Positions 57,672 through 64,000 of a stretch of 64,000 nucleotides of DNA are shown in pieces. Within the stretch, counting starts at the first letter, position 1. Every line of letters begins with the position of its first letter. Location: contig CAZGIX010000001.1 in the NCBI GenBank assembly GCA_964525785.1, forward strand, positions 6,249 through 70,248, written 5' to 3'. A model generated the notes under the pieces. The model did no database searches. It was given only the letters and a program-made list of their open reading frames with translations, and was not told the DNA's origin. Position numbers and translations under genes: made by a program. This DNA comes from an uncultured Anaerolineaceae bacterium. GTDB lineage: Bacteria; Chloroflexota; Anaerolineae; Anaerolineales; UBA4823.

Positions 57672-58087
57672 CGATCCTCCGGGATGGATGGGTTGGCTGG
57701 CTCGGTCCGGTTTTCCACTGCCAGGGCGATGCGGGCCAAGTGCAGGGCGACGAATCCGGCTTCGTCAGGCGGGATCATCATGCCCAGGCGCTGTTCCAGC
57801 CCGGCTATCAAAGATTTTGCCAGTTCCAGCTGCGCCGGATAGCCTTGCAGCTCTTGCCAGAGGACTCCCGGGGCAGGCTGGAGGACCTCGCCTTGCTCCA
57901 GCCTCTTGAGCGCCATTGCCAGGTGCGTTGCCAGCGGCGCTCCGAGCCCTTCGTCCAGATCGATGCCAGTCTTCCGCTCAACCTGGCGCAGGGTATCCAG
58001 GGCTGCAGAAATCGAAGACTGGCTAACCAGTCCGCTGCTGAGCAGTAGCTCAAAACGTGCTTGAAAAACCTGCTCTACGTTGCTCAT
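57668..58087 (-). CDS. yhfY: Small PRD-like domain protein (YhfY-like)
   Basis: 139 aa, all-helical, with ATHLAMALKRLEQGE and FVALHLARI resembling PRD helices. The assignment is supported mainly by position next to the other Yhf-like genes. Confidence 0.5.
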   Translation of the reverse strand: MSNVEQVFQARFELLLSSGLVSQSSISAALDTLRQVERKTGIDLDEGLGAPLATHLAMALKRLEQGEVLQPAPGVLWQELQGYPAQLELAKSLIAGLEQRLGMMIPPDEAGFVALHLARIALAVENRTEPANPSIPEDR

Positions 58088-58093
58088 ATCCTA

Positions 58094-58987
58094 TTATCGG
58101 TGCTTGCCGAGCGCCAAGCGCACCCGCCCGCCGGCATGCTCTAAACGGTGGCGCGCTTCATCCAGGTTGATGCCTGCCAGGAGCATTACCAGGGCAGGCT
58201 TGATCTCGTAGCCGCTGGCCTGGAGCGCCTGCCCGGCAGATTCGGCGCTGACGCCGGTGATCCTCATGACCATATCCAGGGCTCGTTTTCGCAGCTTCTG
58301 GTTGCTGGCGCGCATATCTACCATCATGTTGCCGTACACTTTCCCCAGACGGATCATCGCCGCGGTCGAAAGCATGTTTAAGACCATCTTTTGGGCGCTG
58401 CCGGCTTTCATGCGGGTCGAACCGGCGATGACTTCAGGGCCTACCACAGGTGCAATAGCCACATCTACCTGGGAGACCAAAGCGCCGGCAGGATTGCATA
58501 CCAGACCGATCGTTGCCGCGCCGCGCTGGCGGGATGCTTCAACTACCCCGAGCACCCAGGGCGCACCGCCGCTGGCTGTGATCCCGACGACTACATCCTT
58601 TTCTCCTACGCCAGCCGCCGCGACAGTTTGGCGCCCGGCAGCTGCATCGTCTTCGGCGGCTTCTACCGATTGGCGCAGGGCGCGATCGCCGCCGGCGATG
58701 AAGGCCTGCACAAGTTCGGGCGGGGTGCTGTACGTGGGCGGCATCTCGGAGGCATCCAGCACCCCCAGACGTCCGCTGGTACCGGCTCCGAAATAGAACA
58801 GCCTTCCGCCGGCCTCCAGGCGTTCTACTATGATGTCTACGGCGCGGGCGATGTACTCCAGCTCGGCTTGCACAGCAGCAGCTACACGAGCATCCTCCTG
58901 GTTGATCAGCGTGACGATCTCCAGTGTGCTGAGGGTATCGATAGAGGCAGTCGCTTGGTTGAGTGATTCTGTAATGGCTTCAGGCAT
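58094..58987 (-). CDS. murQ: N-acetylmuramic acid 6-phosphate etherase
   Basis: SIS domain with RLFYFGAGTSGRLGVLDASEMPPTY, AGSTRMKAGSAQK, and the typical C-terminal helical tail. Confidence 0.92.
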   Translation of the reverse strand: MPEAITESLNQATASIDTLSTLEIVTLINQEDARVAAAVQAELEYIARAVDIIVERLEAGGRLFYFGAGTSGRLGVLDASEMPPTYSTPPELVQAFIAGGDRALRQSVEAAEDDAAAGRQTVAAAGVGEKDVVVGITASGGAPWVLGVVEASRQRGAATIGLVCNPAGALVSQVDVAIAPVVGPEVIAGSTRMKAGSAQKMVLNMLSTAAMIRLGKVYGNMMVDMRASNQKLRKRALDMVMRITGVSAESAGQALQASGYEIKPALVMLLAGINLDEARHRLEHAGGRVRLALGKHR

Positions 58988-59019
58988 GGCTCAAAGTCGG
59001 GTAAATAAGCGGTTTGATC

Positions 59020-60198
59020 TCATAGCTCTGGCAAGCTGCGCAGCAGCTGGCGGTAATTGGTCCCCGGAGTGATCTTCCCCAACACAGCCGGGTGGCGGGC
59101 AAACGTGCAGCTGGGTAAATTGCCAGGACGGCCGTGCAGTCCTTCGTAAGCCAGGATCGCAAAAGCGATGGCCTCCTTGGCATCGCTCAGGTAGCCCAGG
59201 TCCTCCTGGCGTAAAACTCGGGTATTGGGCAGCCGTTCAGCCAGCATGCGCAGCAGTGTGGGGTTGCTGGCACCACCGCCTCCCACGATGACCTCATCCA
59301 CCGGACCAGTCAGAAAACGCTGGTAGCTGTCGGTAATCGAGGCCGCGGTGAAGGCGGTCAGTGTCGCCAGGATATCCACCCCAGCCAGTCCACCCTGCGC
59401 TCCTTGCTCCCAGATCTGGCGAGCGAAGAATACGCCGAACTGCTCCCGTCCGGCGGTCTTCGGCAGCGGCTGAGACAGGTAGGGATGAGCCATCAGCTGC
59501 TCCAGCAGAGCTGTGTTTACCTGTCCCTGAGACGCCAGCAGTCCATTTCGGTCAAATGTTAAAGCGCCGTCGCTGGCACGCTGAGCTGCGTAATCGATCA
59601 TCATATTGCCGGGACCGGTATCAAAGGAGATTACCTGCTCGGGTAAAGCTGTGGCTGGGAGGTAGGTAACGTTGCCGATGCCGCCGATATTCTGCACGGC
59701 CCGCGCCCGGGATGGGTGGCGGTACAGCAGCCAATCTACATAACTGACCAGCGGTGCGCCCTGTCCCCCAGCGGCAACATCTGCCACGCGAAAATCGGCC
59801 ATCGTGGTGATGCCTGTTCGCTCGGCGATCACCGCCGCCTCACCGATCTGCAGGGTGGACTTGATCGGCCTCTGCGGTTCCATGCAGTGGTAGGCGGTTT
59901 GCCCGTGGGAGGCGATCATGTCTACCTGGTCGGGCTGCATGCCGGCTGTTTGAATAGCCTGCAGGGCCGCCTCTGCAAACCATTCACCGATGGCGAAGTT
60001 CGTCTGGCAGACCTTGTCTACAGGGGCGGTAGTCGGATCGAACAGCTCGAAAATCTGGCGGCGCTGCTCCGGGGTGAACGGCACACAGGTAAAAGATCGT
60101 AAGCTGACATTCAATGTCGGAGGCGCGCCCTGGATATCGACCAGGGCGGCGTCGATGCCATCAACTGAAGTACCGGAGATCATTCCAAGGACGAGCAT
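59020..60198 (-). CDS. anmK: Anhydro-N-acetylmuramic acid kinase
   Basis: N-terminal GMISGTSVDGIDAALV, NIGGIGNVT, DTGPGNMMID, and C-terminal GGGASNPTL. AGGAG RBS. Confidence 0.92.
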   Translation of the reverse strand: MLVLGMISGTSVDGIDAALVDIQGAPPTLNVSLRSFTCVPFTPEQRRQIFELFDPTTAPVDKVCQTNFAIGEWFAEAALQAIQTAGMQPDQVDMIASHGQTAYHCMEPQRPIKSTLQIGEAAVIAERTGITTMADFRVADVAAGGQGAPLVSYVDWLLYRHPSRARAVQNIGGIGNVTYLPATALPEQVISFDTGPGNMMIDYAAQRASDGALTFDRNGLLASQGQVNTALLEQLMAHPYLSQPLPKTAGREQFGVFFARQIWEQGAQGGLAGVDILATLTAFTAASITDSYQRFLTGPVDEVIVGGGGASNPTLLRMLAERLPNTRVLRQEDLGYLSDAKEAIAFAILAYEGLHGRPGNLPSCTFARHPAVLGKITPGTNYRQLLRSLPEL

Positions 60199-60206
60199 GC
60201 GGCTCC

Positions 60207-61415
60207 TTATCCTTCTAACAGTGTTTCGATGATCAGGTCGTGAAGGGCAGGGCGAAAATTCTGGATAGCATCCGAGCCGCGCCCGTAATACACCCGGTTG
60301 GTCATGGCTACCACAACCAGGGAACGCTTAGGGTCCACCCATAACGATGTGCCGGTAAAGCCGGTGTGTCCGTAGCTATTCTGGCTGAATCGTGTTCCGC
60401 AGGAACAGGCGTGGGTCGTAGGCAGGACGAATGCCAGCCCACGCCGTAGGCCGTTCCAGGCAGCTTGTTCGCGGGTCATCTCCGCCACTGTCTCGGGGGC
60501 CAGCAGCTGCACACCCTGATGGCAGCCTTCTTGCAGGTACATCTGGCCCAATCTGGCGACCTCCTGGGCTGTTGAATAAAGCCCGGCATGCCCGGATATT
60601 CCACCCAGGCTGGCGGCATTCTCATCATCGACTTCGCCCACCAGGCGCCGGTGGCGCCAGGCGCACACCTCCGCCGGGGCAATGCGCTCGGACTTCACTC
60701 CGTGGGCCAGCGGATTGTACAGCGTGGTATTCAACCCCAGTGGCTGGATCACCTCCTGGTATAGGGTATCTTCCAACGGCTTTCCGGTCAGTGTTTGTAT
60801 GGCTTCACCCAACAGGATGAATCCCAGGTCGCTGTATTCAACCTGCTCGCCGGGTGGGTAGAAAAAATCATACCCGTAAACCGCCTCCAGGCGCTGGCGG
60901 CGCAGCTCGTCGGGAGTCTCATGTGGCACCGGGACCGGACCTGTTCTGCCGCCAATGGCAAAGAGGCTGCGCCAGGCAGCCAGCCCGGAGGTGTGAGTGA
61001 GCAAGCGGCGAAATGTGACCTGTCGGAGATCGACGGGCAACCCGGAATAATGCCGATCTGGGTCCAGACGGATGTTCTTAAGGGGATCTTCCGCTGCACC
61101 GATCTGGCGTTGACCGCGCAGGGCAGGCAGCACTTCACCGACGGGCATATCCAGGCCGACCAGGCCGCGTTCAACCAGGCGCATGAAGGTCGTAGCGGTG
61201 AATAGCTTGGTCAGCGAAGCCAGATCGTATAGGCTATCGAGCTGTGCTGGATAATTCTCTTCCTGCGGATCCAGATACCCGTACGCCTGGTGCCAGATCA
61301 GCTCGCCCGCCCGTTGGATTAATTGAACGCATGACGGGAACACAACTCCCAGTTGGGAATGGATAAACGCATCCAGACGGTAGCCCGAAGGTGAAGGTAT
61401 TGGAGCTTCGCTCAA
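60207..61415 (-). CDS. Serine hydrolase of the beta-lactamase/class-C-related family (possible AmiE-like MurNAc-L-Ala amidase)
   Basis: SxxK motif YDLASLTKLF, later YSD/YSN-like and HTGFTGT (KTG-like) motifs. TTG start at 61415 with a GGAGG RBS 8 nt upstream. Confidence 0.78.
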   Translation of the reverse strand: MSEAPIPSPSGYRLDAFIHSQLGVVFPSCVQLIQRAGELIWHQAYGYLDPQEENYPAQLDSLYDLASLTKLFTATTFMRLVERGLVGLDMPVGEVLPALRGQRQIGAAEDPLKNIRLDPDRHYSGLPVDLRQVTFRRLLTHTSGLAAWRSLFAIGGRTGPVPVPHETPDELRRQRLEAVYGYDFFYPPGEQVEYSDLGFILLGEAIQTLTGKPLEDTLYQEVIQPLGLNTTLYNPLAHGVKSERIAPAEVCAWRHRRLVGEVDDENAASLGGISGHAGLYSTAQEVARLGQMYLQEGCHQGVQLLAPETVAEMTREQAAWNGLRRGLAFVLPTTHACSCGTRFSQNSYGHTGFTGTSLWVDPKRSLVVVAMTNRVYYGRGSDAIQNFRPALHDLIIETLLEG

Positions 61416-61434
61416 TCTAACCGCCTCCGCGTTT

Positions 61435-61923
61435 TCACTTTCCGCCGCTGGGACGGCGCTTGTAATAGATCAGTTCGCTGATCCCGGGCAAGATGTAATC
61501 CGGCAGCACGCCCACCTGAATGAAGCCGCGCCGCTGGTAAAAACGCTGGGCGGGCTTATTGAAATCCGAAACCAGCAAGAACAGCTCGCCGACTTGCTGA
61601 TAAACCTGCCCTTCAGCATAATCCATTAGCGCCGCGCCGACCCCCTGGTTGTATCTTCCCGGAGCCACGCCGATCAAAGGAATATAACCGCTGCGCTCGA
61701 AAGCGCCGCGCACGGCATACCAGACAAATCCCAGGATCGGTTTGAACCCCACCCCTGGCTCTTCACGCTCAGCGACAGCAATGGTAGCCTGGTGTTGTAG
61801 AGCGAGCTCGAAGCGCAGCTGGGCGCTGGTCTGCGTAACACCATACCGCTGCCACAGTGGGGTCTCTGCCATCCATTGGGCGCAAATAATGGCATCTTCC
61901 GGCTGCATCGGACGTACGATCAT
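61435..61923 (-). CDS. GNAT-family N-acetyltransferase (162 aa)
   Basis: Motif A GVAPGRYNQGVGAALM and RFYQRRGF. ATGA overlap with the upstream permease gene. Confidence 0.8.
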   Translation of the reverse strand: MIVRPMQPEDAIICAQWMAETPLWQRYGVTQTSAQLRFELALQHQATIAVAEREEPGVGFKPILGFVWYAVRGAFERSGYIPLIGVAPGRYNQGVGAALMDYAEGQVYQQVGELFLLVSDFNKPAQRFYQRRGFIQVGVLPDYILPGISELIYYKRRPSGGK

Positions 61924-62777
61924 GCCTTAATCCCGGTTTGCATACGGGGATCGAGCACATCTCGCAGTCCATCGCCGAACAAATTAAAACCGAGTACGCC
62001 AAGCATAATTGCCATGCCAGGGGAGAATGCCATCCAAGGGGCAATTTCCATCAAGGTGCGGCTCTCACTGAGCATACTCCCCCAGGAAGGGTTGGGCGGT
62101 AGGGTACCCAGTCCGAGGAAACTCAGCGCGGCTTCGGTCAGGATCGACCAGGAGAGCGCCAGGCTGACTTGCACAATCGACGGAGCGATGGCATTGGGCA
62201 AGATGTGGGTGCCGATGATCATGGGAGGTCTGGCTCCTAGGCTGCGAGCTGCTTCGATGTAATCCATATCCTTGATGATCAGGACAGCGCCGCGTGCCAC
62301 GCGGGCGAAGATCGGTAGATAAACTACCGATATTGCCAGGATGGTATTGCGCATTCCCGGGCCGAGAGCAGCTGCAATAGAGAGCGCCAACAATATGGCT
62401 GGAAATGAAAATAGCAGGTCGGCAATACGCATGATAAGGTTATCCAGCCAGCCGCCAAAATAACCGCCAATAACCCCCAGGAATGTGCCAATCACGAAGG
62501 AGATCGAGACCGAGATCAGTGCGATGCGCAGCGAATTGGTCGCGCCGTGCATAAGCCGGCTGAGGATATCGCGGCCAAACTCGTCGGTACCCAGCAGGTG
62601 GGTAGCGCTGGGAGCTTGCAATCTGTCACCGGCATTCTGCTCAATTGGCGAATACGGGGCCAGGCGGACAGCGAAGATAGCCACCACCAGGTAGACCAGG
62701 ATGATCGTCAGGCCCAGCATCCCACTTTTGTTTTGCCACATACGCCGCGTAAAGCGCCTGAAAGGTGTGTTATTCAT
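61920..62777 (-). CDS. Peptide/nickel-type ABC transporter permease (DppC/OppC-like)
   Basis: N-terminal TM, the loop LGTDEFGRDILSR, and the EAA region YIEAARSLGARPPMIIGTHILPN. Confidence 0.9.
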   Translation of the reverse strand: MNNTPFRRFTRRMWQNKSGMLGLTIILVYLVVAIFAVRLAPYSPIEQNAGDRLQAPSATHLLGTDEFGRDILSRLMHGATNSLRIALISVSISFVIGTFLGVIGGYFGGWLDNLIMRIADLLFSFPAILLALSIAAALGPGMRNTILAISVVYLPIFARVARGAVLIIKDMDYIEAARSLGARPPMIIGTHILPNAIAPSIVQVSLALSWSILTEAALSFLGLGTLPPNPSWGSMLSESRTLMEIAPWMAFSPGMAIMLGVLGFNLFGDGLRDVLDPRMQTGIKA

Positions 62778-63723
62778 AGCGGATGCGGGGGTTGACCAGT
62801 GCGTAGGTCAGGTCAGCAATCAGGTTGACGAACACAAAGTTAAGGGCAATAAATAAAATTGTCCCCTGCACCAGGGCGTAATCGCGCTGGTTGATCGCCC
62901 CAAGCAGCAAGCGGCCCACACCTGGCATGGCATACACTTCTTCTACGATGATGGCACCGCCGAACAAGTAGCCGGTTTCGAATCCGACCAGGGTGATGAT
63001 CGGTATCAGAGCGTTCTTCAAACAGTGCCGCAAAATCACCTGGCTCTGTGTCCGTCCCTTGGCGAGCGCGGTGCGGGCGTAATCCTTGCCCAGTTCTTCC
63101 ATCAAGGCAGAACGAGTAGTGCGCATCACCGCCGCGCTGAAAGCAAAGCCCAGGGTCAGCGCCGGGAAGATCATTTGGTTTAGATTCTCAATCGGATCTT
63201 CGGCGAAGCTGACATAGAAACCCGAGTTAGGCAATATGTGAAAATAAACTGAAAGGACGTAAATAATCAGCGTGCCCATCCAAAAGCTGGGCATAGCCAG
63301 GCCAACTAGGGAGAACAGCCTGCCGCCCAGGTCTATAACCGAGTTGCGCCGCACCGCCGACAGGATTCCCACCGGGATGCCTGCTATGACGGCGATCACC
63401 ATGGCGAGCAAAGCCAGTTCCAGGGTGAGCGGATAGCGGCTGAGGATCTCGCTTAACACCGGTCGTCCGGTGCGCACTGATAATCCAAAATCCCCCCGCA
63501 GTGCTGCGGTCAGCCACAACCAATATTGCTCCAGCAGTGGTTTATCCAGGCCGTAATAGCGTCGCAGCGCCTCTGCCTGCGCTTCAGTGAGTTTATACTG
63601 GGTGCCGATCATGGCGCTGATCGTATCGCCGGGGATCAATCGCATTACCAGGAATACGATGATCGAGATGCCCAGCATTGTAGGGATCAGCACTAATATG
63701 CGTTTGACGATGTAGGAAGACAT
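62770..63723 (-). CDS. Peptide/nickel-type ABC transporter permease (DppB/OppB-like)
   Basis: MSSYIVKRIL...IPGD, and the EAA region DYARTALAKGRTQSQVILRHCLKNALIP. 8 nt overlap with the downstream permease gene. Confidence 0.9.
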   Translation of the reverse strand: MSSYIVKRILVLIPTMLGISIIVFLVMRLIPGDTISAMIGTQYKLTEAQAEALRRYYGLDKPLLEQYWLWLTAALRGDFGLSVRTGRPVLSEILSRYPLTLELALLAMVIAVIAGIPVGILSAVRRNSVIDLGGRLFSLVGLAMPSFWMGTLIIYVLSVYFHILPNSGFYVSFAEDPIENLNQMIFPALTLGFAFSAAVMRTTRSALMEELGKDYARTALAKGRTQSQVILRHCLKNALIPIITLVGFETGYLFGGAIIVEEVYAMPGVGRLLLGAINQRDYALVQGTILFIALNFVFVNLIADLTYALVNPRIRYE

Positions 63724-63818
63724 TGAATGATCGGTTTAGGACTGCTGGCTGTGATTTGAACAGCCAGCAGTCCAATGGTGATGATGTTTGGGCAGCTTAA
63801 TATCTTTGAATCTGGCGC

Positions 63819-64000
63819 TTACTTATCAAGCCAGGTTTCCCGCAGGTAGATGGTAGAGGCGTTGGATAGGCCGGTGAAGCCTTTTACATAGGGCTGCATG
63901 GCGCGGTATTCGTAGCCAGTGTACAGCCATACCCATGGGACCGCCTCGGTGAGCATTTTCTGCACTTCGATGTAGATCGCTTTGCGCTCCTCCGGGTCGG
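63819..64000 (-). CDS. ABC transporter substrate-binding protein, family 5 (Dpp/Opp type), C-terminal fragment; the rest lies beyond the window
   Basis: The minus-strand translation is DPEERKAIYIEVQKMLTEAVPWVWLYTGYEYRAMQPYVKGFTGLSNASTIYLRETWLDK*, a typical SBP_bac_5 C-terminus. Confidence 0.75.
   Translation of the reverse strand, partial: DPEERKAIYIEVQKMLTEAVPWVWLYTGYEYRAMQPYVKGFTGLSNASTIYLRETWLDK

Overview
A 64 kb chromosomal window of moderate to high GC, with about 52 protein genes and one tmRNA. It has no transposases, integrases, CRISPR arrays or prophage genes. Gene content suggests a Chloroflexota/Anaerolineae-like organism, but that is only a guess: Thr/Pro-rich linkers with C-terminal TM anchors, lipoprotein solute-binding proteins, and a giant Ig-repeat alpha-2-macroglobulin. 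About 46 genes lie on the minus strand, in long tightly coupled runs.

Left to right:
- ssrA
- an ECF sigma factor with a putative anti-sigma partner
- cysS followed by two CooC-type NTPases
- an amino-acid dehydrogenase::CBS fusion, an unrecognised 421 aa protein, and panB
- a secreted tandem cyanophycinase-like protein
- thiolase, phosphoesterase, and an RDD protein
- a 1961 aa thioester alpha-2-macroglobulin, then a GH31 glucosidase
- an AAA+ ATPase divergent from an FHA-GAF-cyclase
- an AttH / FtsX-permease / GNAT-like / ATPase operon
- a glycan cluster (GT2 synthase, Wzy-like protein, two GT4, sugar ABC importer) ending in an HprK-like kinase plus NTP_transf_5 pair
- a Pat-type protein acetyltransferase

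The most interesting locus is a roughly 13 kb, 14-gene minus-strand operon at 50998-64000. It joins a peptide-type ABC importer, an AmiE-like serine hydrolase, AnmK and MurQ (anhydro-muropeptide recycling) to homologues of the uncharacterised E. coli YhfY/U/T/S/X/W proteins. It ends in a non-pyrrolysine MttB-family protein.

All family assignments come from motif recognition by eye and from recalled sequences. No database search was run.
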